Shown: positions 35,728 through 44,750 of the stretch, piece after piece
Numbering within the stretch: the stretch's first letter is position 1
Layout of the letters: each line of letters starts with the position of its first letter
Source of the DNA: Vulcanimicrobiaceae bacterium
GTDB lineage: Bacteria > Vulcanimicrobiota > Vulcanimicrobiia > Vulcanimicrobiales > Vulcanimicrobiaceae
Length of the DNA stretch: 58,526 bases
Reading direction: 5' to 3'
Assembly (NCBI GenBank): GCA_035701665.1
Contig: DASSRQ010000044.1
Coordinates: 1-58,526 of the forward strand
Notes under the pieces: model-generated
What the model saw: only the letters and a program-made list of their open reading frames with translations
Told to the model about the DNA's origin: nothing
The model's database searches: none
Position numbers and translations under genes: made by a program

Positions 35728-37476
35728 ATGAAAAAACTCGCCGTTGCTACACTAACCGCTGCCCTGCTCGCTTCGTGCGGAGGGCACGGATCGAATGCGC
35801 TTCCCCCTGGAGCGGGCGCGGCGCAAAGCGCCGTCACCGGCGTTCGAACTGCAACTCTTGCCGTCGCACCAACGGGGTGGGCGAATACGTCGACGCAAGC
35901 GCTGAAGATCGTCAACGCGTCCGATACGGGCGCAACCAACGTCACGCAAACACTCAACATCACCGTCGGACTCGCGATGCGCAACCAGTCGCAACTCGCA
36001 TCGGCCGTCGCTTCGGGTCAGCAAGTCGACGACGGAACGTTCATGGCAACGTACGCTCCGACATCCGCACAAGTCTCCGCCGTCACGTCCTACCTGCAAA
36101 GCAAAGGGCTGACCAACATCTCCGTTTCGCAAAACAATCTGGTCGTCACCGCGAGCGGAACGGCCGCGCACGTGCAGTCGGCGTTTAATACGAACCTGCA
36201 CTCGTTCGCGGGCGGCACTACGCCGTTCTTTGCCAACGTTACGCCGGCGTACGTCCCGTCGAACCTCGGCGGGATCGTCGTTGCCGTATTGGGATTGAAC
36301 AATCTGCAGGCATTCAAACCGACGCCGCACGTAACGTCGTGCTCCGTTGAAGGACAGACCACGCCGCCGCAAGAGTGCCTGCGCTTCTACGATCCGGCGA
36401 CGTTCCAAAAAGCATACGACGCGACCGGTGCATCGAGCGCGTACGCAACGCCGATCGCGATCATGGCCGAAGGCGATCCGACGCAAGCCATCACCGATTT
36501 CCGCACCAACGAAAGCAAGTTCGGTTTACCGCAGGTACCGCTCACGCGCGTGCAAGTCGGCCTCGCCAGCACCGACACCGCGGGCAACGGCGAATGGACG
36601 CTGGATATGACGTACTCGACCGGTATCGCGCAAAACGTGAAAGCGCTGTACCTGTATACGACGACGTCGCTGACCGATCAAGACATCGCACTCGAGTACA
36701 ACAAGTGGGTGACGCAGCATTATACGAACGTCGGCAACAGCTCGTTCGGCGGCTGCGAAGTCTTCCCATATCTCGACGGGTCGATGGTCATCATGGATAA
36801 CCTGCTGCTCGAAGGCGCCTCGCACGGACAAACGATGTTCGCTTCTTCCGGCGACAACGGCGGCTACTGCAATCAATTCGTCGATACAAATGGTGCACCC
36901 GGCGGCGCTCCGTTCGTGGAATACCCGGCCGCTTCTCCGTACGTTACGGCAGTCGGCGGTACGGATCTCTTCTCTAACGCCGACGGTTCGTACAAAGGCG
37001 AAACGCCGTGGGAAGCCGGCGGCGGCGGCATCAGCCAATTCGAGTACTCGCCGTATTGGGAAACCGGCGTGCAGCCTGTCGACAAGGCCGGAAGTTTCCG
37101 CGGTGTTCCGGACGTTGCACTCGATGCTTCGTTAGAGACCGGCGCGGAACTGTGGGGCGGTCAAGCGGCAAACGGATCGTGCACGCCGTGCGTCACCGGC
37201 GGAACCAGTTTGGCAAGCCCGCTGATGGCCGGCATCTGGGCGCGTGCCGAAAGCGCGCACGGCAACTCGCTGGGCTTCGCTCCCATCCGTCTCTATAAAG
37301 ACTTCACCGGACATGCGGCCGGAGCTGTTGTTGCCGGTCCGCCCGCGTGGCAACCCGACGGCGGATTCCACGACATCCTAACGGGCACCAACGGTTTGTA
37401 CACGGCACTGCCGGGTTACGACTACACGACCGGATTGGGCTCGCCCGATATAGCCACGCTGATCAAACAAATCTGA
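35728..37476 (+). CDS. Lipoprotein sedolisin (peptidase S53) with a pro-domain
   Basis: GAGGGAGA lies upstream of ATG 35728. The lipobox is ALLASCGG. The pro-domain reads LNITVGLAMRNQSQLAS...YLQSKGLTNI. The catalytic motifs are GNGEWTLDMTYSTG and TGGTSLASPLMAGIWA. Confidence 0.9.
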   Translation: MKKLAVATLTAALLASCGGHGSNALPPGAGAAQSAVTGVRTATLAVAPTGWANTSTQALKIVNASDTGATNVTQTLNITVGLAMRNQSQLASAVASGQQVDDGTFMATYAPTSAQVSAVTSYLQSKGLTNISVSQNNLVVTASGTAAHVQSAFNTNLHSFAGGTTPFFANVTPAYVPSNLGGIVVAVLGLNNLQAFKPTPHVTSCSVEGQTTPPQECLRFYDPATFQKAYDATGASSAYATPIAIMAEGDPTQAITDFRTNESKFGLPQVPLTRVQVGLASTDTAGNGEWTLDMTYSTGIAQNVKALYLYTTTSLTDQDIALEYNKWVTQHYTNVGNSSFGGCEVFPYLDGSMVIMDNLLLEGASHGQTMFASSGDNGGYCNQFVDTNGAPGGAPFVEYPAASPYVTAVGGTDLFSNADGSYKGETPWEAGGGGISQFEYSPYWETGVQPVDKAGSFRGVPDVALDASLETGAELWGGQAANGSCTPCVTGGTSLASPLMAGIWARAESAHGNSLGFAPIRLYKDFTGHAAGAVVAGPPAWQPDGGFHDILTGTNGLYTALPGYDYTTGLGSPDIATLIKQI

Positions 37477-37504
37477 CCCGCGCAGACTCCTTGGAGACGA
37501 GCAA

Positions 37505-37536
37505 AGGGCGCCGCTTGCGGCGCCCTCTTTTTTATT
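37505..37536 (+). terminator. Rho-independent terminator after the fourth sedolisin gene
   Basis: AGGGCGCCG (37505-37513), loop CTTG, CGGCGCCCT (37518-37526), then CTTTTTTATTT. Confidence 0.8.
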
Positions 37537-38873
37537 TACAGTTGCGTCTGTTTCGCAGGCAGCGGCCTTGCGGGATTTCCTACCACGCGTCCGCCGGCGG
37601 GTACGTCTTTCGTGACGACCGCCGACGCGCCGGTCAGCGCACCGTCGCCTACTGTCACGGGCGCAACGAGCGAGGTATTCGATCCGATAAACGCATCGCG
37701 GCCGATCGTCGTTTTATTTTTGCGCACGCCGTCGTAGTTGCACGTAATCGTTCCCGCGCCGACGTTCGTGTTTTCGCCGATCTCCGCATCGCCCAAATAG
37801 GTTAAATGACCCGCCTTGACGCCCGCACCCAAGTGCGAGTTTTTGACTTCGACGAAGTTGCCGACGTGCACGCCGTCTTCCAGCACGGTTTCGTTGCGCA
37901 GATGCGCGAACGGTCCGATCGTCACGCCGCTTCCGATACTGCTGTCGAGAATGACGCTCTCGCGAATCGTCACGTGCGAACCGGTTTTTGCAGCCGACAG
38001 ACGGGCATTAGGTCCGATAACGCTCGCGTTCCCGATCTCCGAAAGACGCGAGATCGACGTGTTCGGATAGAGCACGACGTCGCGGCCGATCGTTAGCTCC
38101 GGTTCGAGATAAGTCGTCTCGGGGTCAATAATGGTCACGCCATCGCGCATGTGCTGCTCGCAGATGCGGCGGTTGAGTTCGCGGCGCGCGACGGCGAGTT
38201 CCGTGCGATCGTTAACGCCCAGCACGTGCATGTGATCGTCCACGGGAACGGGCACGACGTTCTGTCCGCCCCGTACGAGATCCGCGATCGTGTCGGTGAG
38301 ATAGTACTCCTGCTGCGCGTTGTCGTTGCGCAGCCCGGCAACCGATTCGCGAAGCTGCGCTTCGTCGTATGCGTAAATGCCGGCGTTCATCTCGTCCACG
38401 AGCAGCTCTTCCGGGGTCGCGTCGCGCACTTCGACGATGCGGTCCACGCTATCGCCATTCCGGATCACGCGTCCGAAGTTGGAAGGCAGCGGCATACGCG
38501 CGGTGACCATCGCCAGCGCGTTCCCATCGAGCTGCATCAGCACGCTCCGGTAAACATCCGTATGGACGAGCGGCATGTCGCCGTAGGCAATTAGCACTTG
38601 GCCGGACGCGCTCTCGAGCTCGTCCAACGCAACTTTGACGGCATGTCCGGTGCCGAGCTGCTCTTTCTGCACGATGCCCCGCACGCCGAACTCCGCGATT
38701 CGCGGCTGCAGTTCGTCGTTCGTGACCACGACGATCTCCTCGACGCCGGCGTCGCGCAGCGAACGCAGCACGTACCACAACATCGGGCGGCCGCACAGTT
38801 CGTGCAGCACCTTCGGTGTAGCACTCTTCATACGCGTGCCTTTACCGGCGGCCAGAACGATCGCGCGAATCAT
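37536..38873 (-). CDS. glmU: Bifunctional UDP-N-acetylglucosamine pyrophosphorylase / GlcN-1-P acetyltransferase
   Basis: MIRAIVLAAGKGTRMKS ... plus a C-terminal hexapeptide-repeat (left-handed beta-helix) region. 445 aa. Confidence 0.95.
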   Translation of the reverse strand: MIRAIVLAAGKGTRMKSATPKVLHELCGRPMLWYVLRSLRDAGVEEIVVVTNDELQPRIAEFGVRGIVQKEQLGTGHAVKVALDELESASGQVLIAYGDMPLVHTDVYRSVLMQLDGNALAMVTARMPLPSNFGRVIRNGDSVDRIVEVRDATPEELLVDEMNAGIYAYDEAQLRESVAGLRNDNAQQEYYLTDTIADLVRGGQNVVPVPVDDHMHVLGVNDRTELAVARRELNRRICEQHMRDGVTIIDPETTYLEPELTIGRDVVLYPNTSISRLSEIGNASVIGPNARLSAAKTGSHVTIRESVILDSSIGSGVTIGPFAHLRNETVLEDGVHVGNFVEVKNSHLGAGVKAGHLTYLGDAEIGENTNVGAGTITCNYDGVRKNKTTIGRDAFIGSNTSLVAPVTVGDGALTGASAVVTKDVPAGGRVVGNPARPLPAKQTQL

Positions 38874-40316
38874 CTACTGCAGAATCTCCAAAGCAAGCCG
38901 CAAGCGGCGAAGCGTTTCCGTCTTGCCCAGAATCTCGATCGCGTCGAAGAGCGGTACCGAGGCGGGGCTGCCGGTAATCGCCAGGTAGTATACCCGCGCG
39001 ACGTCTTTGAACTTTTTGCCCGTCTGCGTTGCGGCGGCCTTGAGCCGTTCGCCCACAAATGCTGCGTCCCAGGTACCATCGGTAGGCACGAGCGTCTCTT
39101 CTGCGGCCTGCAGCGCATCGCGAACCTCCGGCGGCGAGATCTTCGGCAGGTCGAAGTCGCTCTTGCTCAGATCCGGCATCTCGTCGAAAAACGCGACCAG
39201 CGGGGCGAAGTCCGTCAGTTTTTCGATGCGCGGCTGCGCGACGCGCGCGATATGTTCGCGGCGGCTTTGCGGCACCGACTCGGGCCAGCGGTACCCGAAG
39301 TCGTGCAGCACGTGCAGAAACTCGTCGACGCTCTTCGCGCGGATGTGCTGCCCGTTCAACCAATTGAGTTTCGCCAAGTCGAACACCGGACCGCCGAGCG
39401 AGATGTGCTCCAGCGCAAAACGCGCGGTCATCGCTTCGATCAATGCGTCGGTCCCGCGCGCCTTCTCGACGAGCGTGTCGTCGTTGCGCGTATCGATGAG
39501 CATGCCTAAGAAATGCAGCAGCGCTTCGGCGAGATAGCCTTGTTCGCGATAATAAAGAATCGAGGTCGGATTCTTCCGCTTGCTGAGTTTGCTCTTATCC
39601 GGGTTGCGCAGCAGCGGCAAATGACACAGCTGCGGCGCATCCCATCCGAAATACTGATACAACAAGAGATGTTTGGGCGCCGAACTGATCCACTCTTCAC
39701 CCCTAACGACATGCGTAATGCCCATCGCATGGTCGTCGACGACGTTCGCCAGATGATACGTCGGAAACCCATCCGACTTCATCAGCACCTGCATATCGAC
39801 GGTCTTCCACTCGAACTCGATACGCCCGCGCAGCACATCGTCGAATACGCAAGACCCCTCGCTGGGAACGCGCAGCCTTACGACATGCGCGACGCCGGCA
39901 TCCATGCGGTGCCGTATCTCATCTTCGGTTAAACTCAGACACAGACCATCGTACCGCGGCGGCATCTTAGCAGCCCGCTGCGCCACGCGCATCTCTTCAA
40001 GCCGCTCGGCCGAACAAAAACACCTAAACGCCCCGCCACTTTTAAGCAGCTGATCGACATGCGTCTCATAGATATGCGTGCGCTCACTCTGCCGGAACGG
40101 ATCGCCATCCCACTGCAACCCGAGCCACTGCAGCGATTTCAAAATCGCACGCTCCGACTCGATCGTACTGCGGACCCGATCCGTATCCTCAATCCTCAAC
40201 ACGAACGATCCGCCGCTCTTCTTCGCGAGGCAAAGATTGACGAGCGCGACGTAGGCTGTACCTACATGCGGATCACCGGTGGGACTGGGAGCTACACGCG
40301 TTTTTACTGCCGTCAC
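38874..40316 (-). CDS. gltX: Glutamate--tRNA ligase
   Basis: RVAPSPTGDPHVGTAYVAL (HIGH-type motif) and KLSKRK (KMSKS-type motif). GTG start at 40316. The stop directly abuts the glmU ATG (TAGATG). Confidence 0.95.
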   Translation of the reverse strand: MTAVKTRVAPSPTGDPHVGTAYVALVNLCLAKKSGGSFVLRIEDTDRVRSTIESERAILKSLQWLGLQWDGDPFRQSERTHIYETHVDQLLKSGGAFRCFCSAERLEEMRVAQRAAKMPPRYDGLCLSLTEDEIRHRMDAGVAHVVRLRVPSEGSCVFDDVLRGRIEFEWKTVDMQVLMKSDGFPTYHLANVVDDHAMGITHVVRGEEWISSAPKHLLLYQYFGWDAPQLCHLPLLRNPDKSKLSKRKNPTSILYYREQGYLAEALLHFLGMLIDTRNDDTLVEKARGTDALIEAMTARFALEHISLGGPVFDLAKLNWLNGQHIRAKSVDEFLHVLHDFGYRWPESVPQSRREHIARVAQPRIEKLTDFAPLVAFFDEMPDLSKSDFDLPKISPPEVRDALQAAEETLVPTDGTWDAAFVGERLKAAATQTGKKFKDVARVYYLAITGSPASVPLFDAIEILGKTETLRRLRLALEILQ

Positions 40317-40429
40317 ACTACTTCCAAACGAGGAGGTTAGGATTGTCGTCCGGGGTGCGGTAGGTCACTCCGGAAGTCTCTGACTTTTTCGACTTCGACA
40401 GGATGTCGATTTCAAAACTTTGTTCTTCC

Positions 40430-40466
40430 AAAAAAGGCCGCTATGTGCACATCCTGTGCTCGCGGC
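40430..40466 (-). terminator. Candidate intrinsic terminator downstream of the mutase genes
   Basis: On the minus strand the sequence is GCCGC-GA-GCACA-GGA-TGTGC-ACATA-GCGGC, followed by CTTTTTTGG. The stem is interrupted (5+5 bp). Confidence 0.45.
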
Positions 40467-40498
40467 ATGTACGGCATCGTGCCTACTACAGCGAAGCA

Positions 40499-40523
40499 GC
40501 AAATTCACACGATGTGAATTTGC
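40499..40523. repeat. Perfect 11-bp inverted repeat with a 3-nt spacer (GCAAATTCACA cga TGTGAATTTGC)
   Basis: Read directly at 40499-40509 and 40513-40523. It is AT-rich and lies in the largest non-coding stretch of the window (40317-40559). Confidence 0.9.
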
Positions 40524-40559
40524 GAGCGTCTTTCGAAGGGACTCACCCCGTCCCGAGCC

Positions 40560-40973
40560 TCAGCCGACTAATTCGCGACGTTTACCGCAGGCGTTCTCAA
40601 CAAAATTAATAATCTCCGACAACGGCGCTCCCGGCGTAAAGATCGCCGACACGCCCTTGGCGCGAAGATCGTCCGCGTCCTCAGGCGGTATCGTTCCGCC
40701 CCCGAAAAACACGATGTCGTCCGCGCCCTGCGCCTTGAGCTGTTCGACGATGAGCGGGAACAGCGTCATGTGCGCGCCGGAGAGGATGGAAAGACCGATG
40801 CCGTCGGCGTCTTCTTGAATGGCCGTCTGCACGATCTGCTCGGGCGTTTGAAAGAGGCCGGTGTAGATCACTTCCATGCCGGCGTCGCGCAGCGCGCGCG
40901 CGATGACTTTCGCGCCGCGGTCGTGCCCGTCCAAGCCGGCTTTGGCGATGATAATGCGCAGTGGTCTAGGCAT
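40560..40973 (-). CDS. Methylmalonyl-CoA mutase, B12-binding subunit/domain
   Basis: 137 aa. [34 protein letters not shown] carries the DxHxxG cobalamin-binding motif. Confidence 0.9.
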   Translation of the reverse strand: MPRPLRIIIAKAGLDGHDRGAKVIARALRDAGMEVIYTGLFQTPEQIVQTAIQEDADGIGLSILSGAHMTLFPLIVEQLKAQGADDIVFFGGGTIPPEDADDLRAKGVSAIFTPGAPLSEIINFVENACGKRRELVG

Positions 40974-41106
40974 GTGTCCCCGTGCTGCAGGTTTCGCGCT
41001 GCGCTTCCTGTTCGCGCGCGAGTTTGAGCGCTTCTTCGAGTTTGCTCATGACTTCTTTGAGCGTCTGTTCGGCCAAAAGCCGTTCTTGTTCGGAATGAAT
41101 GCGCAT
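40966..41106 (-). CDS. Candidate 46-aa helical micro-protein between the two mutase genes
   Basis: [46 protein letters not shown]. The ATG lies 2 nt after the large-subunit TAG. The stop overlaps the B12-subunit ATG by 8 nt. This is only the 3' part of track ORF 40966-41238. Confidence 0.35.
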   Translation of the reverse strand: MRIHSEQERLLAEQTLKEVMSKLEEALKLAREQEAQRETCSTGTHA

Positions 41107-41108
41107 GA

Positions 41109-42821
41109 CTAGAATGCTGCTTTCTCGGTATAGCGTCCGTAAACGTCGACCATCGCTTCGACGATCTCGCCTTCGGTCGCATACGCGTTGACGGCATCGA
41201 TCAGATGCGGCATGAGGTTGTCCGAGGGATCTTTGCACGCGGCCTTGAGGCGATCGAGCGTGCCTTGCACCGCGTTGTTGTCGCGGTTGGAACGCACGCC
41301 TTGCACTTCACGCGCTTGTCCGCGCTCGACTTCTTCGGTGATCTTGAGCAGATCGATATCCGCTTCGATCGCCGTCTTCTCGAACGCGTTGACGCCGACG
41401 ATGATGCGGTCTTTCGTTTCGAGCGAACGCTGGTAACGGTACGACGCATCTGCGATCTCGCGTTGGAAGAAGCCGGCTTCGATCGCTTCGATGACGCCGC
41501 CGTACTCTTCGATCTGACGGAAATACTCTTCGGCCTGCTTTTCCATCTCGTCGGTGAGCGCTTCGACGTAATAGGAACCGCCGAGCGGGTCTACCACGTT
41601 CGTCACGTTGGTTTCGTATGCGAGCACCTGCTGCGTGCGCAGCGCGATCTCCACCGATTTTTCGGTCGGCAGTGCGAGCACTTCGTCCATGGAGTTGGTG
41701 TGCAGCGACTGCGTGCCGCCGAGCACCGCCGCCATCGCTTCGAATGCGACGCGCACGATATTGTTCTCGGGCTGCTGCGCGGTGGCGCTGCATCCGGCGG
41801 TCTGCGTGTGGAAGCGCAGCTGCCACGAACGCGGATCCTTCGCGCCGTACTTCTCGCGCATGCGGCGCGCATAGATGCGGCGCGCGGCGCGGAACTTACA
41901 GATCTCTTCGAAGAAATCGATGTGCGAGTTAAAGAAGAACGACAGGCGCGGCGCAAACGAATCCACGTCCATGCCCGCTTTTATGCCGGCCTCGACGTAC
42001 GCAAATCCGTCGGCTAGCGTGAATGCCAACTCCTGAACGGCAGTCGATCCGGCTTCGCGGATGTGATAGCCGCTGATCGAGATCGTGTTCCATTTCGGCA
42101 TCTCGTCGCGGCAGAAGCGCATCATGTCGACGATAACGCGCATGTGCGGACGCGGCGGAAAGATCCACTCTTTCTGCGCGATGTACTCTTTTAAAATGTC
42201 GGCTTGAATCGTTCCACCGAGCTTCGCGCGCGGGATGCCCTTCTTCTCGGCCGCCGCGACGTATTGCGCGAGCGCGATGCAAGCGGGACCGTTGATCGTC
42301 ATCGAGGTCGTGATGTCGCCCATGTCGATGCCGTCGAACAGCGCCTCCATGTCGGCAAGCGAGTCTATTGCCACGCCGCACTTGCCCACCTCGCCGCGCG
42401 ACTGCGGCGCGTCCGAGTCGTAGCCCATCAGCGTCGGCATATCGAAGGCGACCGAAAGGCCGTGCTGTCCCTGCGAGAGCAGGAAGTGGTAGCGCTCGTT
42501 CGTCTGTTTGGCATTCCCGAACCCGGCGAACTGGCGCATCGTCCAGAGGCGGTCACGGTACATGTTCGGATGAATGCCGCGCGTGTACGGGTATTGGCCG
42601 GGGTAACTGAGGTCGCTCGCGAGGTCCAGGTGCGAGACGTCCTCGGGTCCGTACAGCGATTTGACCGGCAGATCCGAGATCGTGCGGTCCACGGCACCGG
42701 AGCCGGGGCCATGGCGGCCCTTGCCCTTGGCGGACGCGGCTTCCCACTGTTCCTTTTGATGTACGAATTCGTTCGTCGGCTGCGCCCCAAGTCCGGAGGG
42801 CCGTTCAATCATTTTCGCCAC
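41109..42821 (-). CDS. Methylmalonyl-CoA mutase, catalytic (large) subunit
   Basis: 570 aa. [26 protein letters not shown] ... [15 protein letters not shown] ... TQTAGCS are typical MCM barrel-domain motifs. GTG start at 42821. Confidence 0.95.
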   Translation of the reverse strand: MAKMIERPSGLGAQPTNEFVHQKEQWEAASAKGKGRHGPGSGAVDRTISDLPVKSLYGPEDVSHLDLASDLSYPGQYPYTRGIHPNMYRDRLWTMRQFAGFGNAKQTNERYHFLLSQGQHGLSVAFDMPTLMGYDSDAPQSRGEVGKCGVAIDSLADMEALFDGIDMGDITTSMTINGPACIALAQYVAAAEKKGIPRAKLGGTIQADILKEYIAQKEWIFPPRPHMRVIVDMMRFCRDEMPKWNTISISGYHIREAGSTAVQELAFTLADGFAYVEAGIKAGMDVDSFAPRLSFFFNSHIDFFEEICKFRAARRIYARRMREKYGAKDPRSWQLRFHTQTAGCSATAQQPENNIVRVAFEAMAAVLGGTQSLHTNSMDEVLALPTEKSVEIALRTQQVLAYETNVTNVVDPLGGSYYVEALTDEMEKQAEEYFRQIEEYGGVIEAIEAGFFQREIADASYRYQRSLETKDRIIVGVNAFEKTAIEADIDLLKITEEVERGQAREVQGVRSNRDNNAVQGTLDRLKAACKDPSDNLMPHLIDAVNAYATEGEIVEAMVDVYGRYTEKAAF

Positions 42822-42995
42822 AGGTGTTTCCTTCGACGCGAAGTGCGCTACCCTTCACTTTCTCCCATCTGCGGTACCCAGGGCAAGCCCTTTTGCGGCA
42901 GGCGGGCAGGGTATGCCACGCCTAGCAAGAGGGCGACCCTTGCCAAATCCGGCACGGACAGCGTATGGTGGGTACTCACCCCGTTTTACGCTTGT

Positions 42996-43775
42996 TTGGT
43001 TCGCCGCTCCAGCGCAAAGCACACCCGCAATGGGAGTCTTCGATTGGAACGGTTCTTAGCGAGCCAAGGCGAGATCGCCGCTACCCTTCACAGGGCCTTC
43101 GTCCCGAAACTGCCGAGCGTGCCGCTCGTCGAACTCTCGGCGAAATATCTGCCGGCTTCCAAAGACGCGATGATCGGCGGCGACTGGTACGACGCCATCG
43201 AGATGCCCGACGGCCGCATTCTCTTTTCCATCGGCGACGTTATGGGCCACGGCGAACAGGCCGCCGTATCGATGAGCCGCGCCCGTCAGACGCTGCTCAC
43301 GCTCGCCCACTTCGAAACCTCTCCGGCTACGATTCTTGAAAAAGCCAGCCGCGTGCTGTTCGCGCAGCGGCAGCCGATGACGTCGGCCATGTGCGGATTC
43401 TTCGTTCCGGAGTCGGGCGCGATCGTGTACGCGAACGCCGGCCATCCTCCGCTCATCGCCGTGCGTCACGCGAGCGGCGTCGAGATGCTCCCAAGCAGCG
43501 GACCGCCGCTGGGCACGTTCGACGACGCGACGTACATCGACGAACTGCTCGATGCGCGTGAAGGCGACATGCTCGTCCTCTACACCGACGGCGTCACCGA
43601 AGAAGATCGCGACATCGACAGCGGCGAGCTTCGTTTGCTGGAATGCATTCGCGGCGCCGCAACCGTCGAACCGGCGTACCGCGCCGAACACATCGCTCAA
43701 AATATTTTCGGTGAGGCCTCGCCGCGCGACGACGCAGCGATTCTCGTCCTTTCGTTTTTGGCGCGTGCCGCCTGA
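42996..43775 (+). CDS. PP2C/SpoIIE-family serine phosphatase (stand-alone domain)
   Basis: EIAATLHRAFVPKLPSVP...GGDWYDAIEMPDGRILFSIGDVMGHGEQAA...YANAGHPPL...LVLYTDGVTE. The start is uncertain; TTG 42996 is the first plausible codon after the mutase gene. Confidence 0.8.
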   Translation: MVRRSSAKHTRNGSLRLERFLASQGEIAATLHRAFVPKLPSVPLVELSAKYLPASKDAMIGGDWYDAIEMPDGRILFSIGDVMGHGEQAAVSMSRARQTLLTLAHFETSPATILEKASRVLFAQRQPMTSAMCGFFVPESGAIVYANAGHPPLIAVRHASGVEMLPSSGPPLGTFDDATYIDELLDAREGDMLVLYTDGVTEEDRDIDSGELRLLECIRGAATVEPAYRAEHIAQNIFGEASPRDDAAILVLSFLARAA

Positions 43776-43779
43776 CCTA

Positions 43780-44745
43780 CTACGTCAAACCCTTAACCGA
43801 AGCGCGAATATGCGGCGGCCGGATCGGCTCGTCCGTAATCTCCGGGTGCACGCCGAACTGTTGTAAGACGCGTTCGGCAGCAGCGTAAGGATCTGCGCCG
43901 CTCGCGACCTCGTTTTGCATCTCGCGCTCGAGTTGACGTGCAAGATGCCCCATCGCGAGCTGCCGCACTTGATGCGCGAATGCTTCCTGGCGTTTCGCGC
44001 CGAGTTCTCCGCTGGTTTGCAGCCAGTCGTGATGTTTCTCGATCGCTTGCCACAGATCGTCGATGCCTTCGCCGCTCGTCGCTTGCGTCATCACGAGCTC
44101 CGGAACCCAGCCGGAGAAATCCAGCATCTCCATCATCGAGCGGATCTCGCGCTTGAGCTGATTGGCCATCGGGTGATCTTTTTTGTTGACGACAAAGATG
44201 TCGGCGACTTCCATGATGCCGGCTTTGAGCACTTGAATCGAGTCGCCGCTGCCGGGCTGCAGCGCGACCAGCGTCGTCTGCGCGAGCTCCGCGATCTCGA
44301 TCTCGGACTGGCCGACGCCCACGGTCTCGATCAAGACGACGTCGAGGCCGAACGCATCCATTAAAAGAACGGCGTCCGCCGTCGCCCCTGCGAGGCCGCC
44401 CAGGTGCCCGCGGCTGGCCATCGATCGGATGAAGACGTCTTTGTCCGTGAAGTGCTCGGTCAACCGGATGCGGTCGCCGAGCAGCGCGCCGTGTGAGAAC
44501 GGCGAGCTCGGGTCCACCGAGATGACGCCCACGCGCTTGCCGAGCGAACGCGCCTTCTTCACGAGCGCCGAGCCCAGCGTCGATTTGCCGACGCCCGGCG
44601 GACCGGTTAGCCCGATCGTCATCGCACGCCCCGTTTTTGCGTAGAGGTGGCGGATAAGGCCGGCACCCCGGCCGGACTCTGCTTGCGAGATTGCACGCGC
44701 CAGCGCGCGGATCGAGCCTTGTTCGAATTGGCGGAGGACGTCCAT
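43780..44745 (-). CDS. meaB: Methylmalonyl-CoA mutase-associated GTPase (MeaB/ArgK)
   Basis: IGLTGPPGVGKST ... VLIETVGVGQSE ... VVNKKD. The start is ATG 44745 (MDVLRQF) or 44787. Confidence 0.9.
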   Translation of the reverse strand: MDVLRQFEQGSIRALARAISQAESGRGAGLIRHLYAKTGRAMTIGLTGPPGVGKSTLGSALVKKARSLGKRVGVISVDPSSPFSHGALLGDRIRLTEHFTDKDVFIRSMASRGHLGGLAGATADAVLLMDAFGLDVVLIETVGVGQSEIEIAELAQTTLVALQPGSGDSIQVLKAGIMEVADIFVVNKKDHPMANQLKREIRSMMEMLDFSGWVPELVMTQATSGEGIDDLWQAIEKHHDWLQTSGELGAKRQEAFAHQVRQLAMGHLARQLEREMQNEVASGADPYAAAERVLQQFGVHPEITDEPIRPPHIRASVKGLT

Positions 44746-44750
44746 CGGCA

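Noticed and set aside
40403-40818. Plus-strand ORFs (68 aa and 132 aa) in the AT-richer 40317-40559 intergenic region; also checked for a tRNA or small RNA and for a T-box upstream of gltX
   Set aside because: The ORFs run into and overlap the B12-subunit gene antisense, and have no SD or motif. I saw no tRNA-like T-loop or acceptor pattern and no T-box specifier/antiterminator pattern. Only a palindrome and a terminator-like hairpin could be supported.
42822-42995. Possible cobalamin riboswitch in the 174-nt region upstream of the B12-dependent mutase
   Set aside because: I could not find a convincing B12-box or the conserved GGTGAAA/GCCACTG-type core elements by eye. B12-dependent enzymes are not the usual targets of this riboswitch. 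A covariance-model scan would be needed to overturn this.
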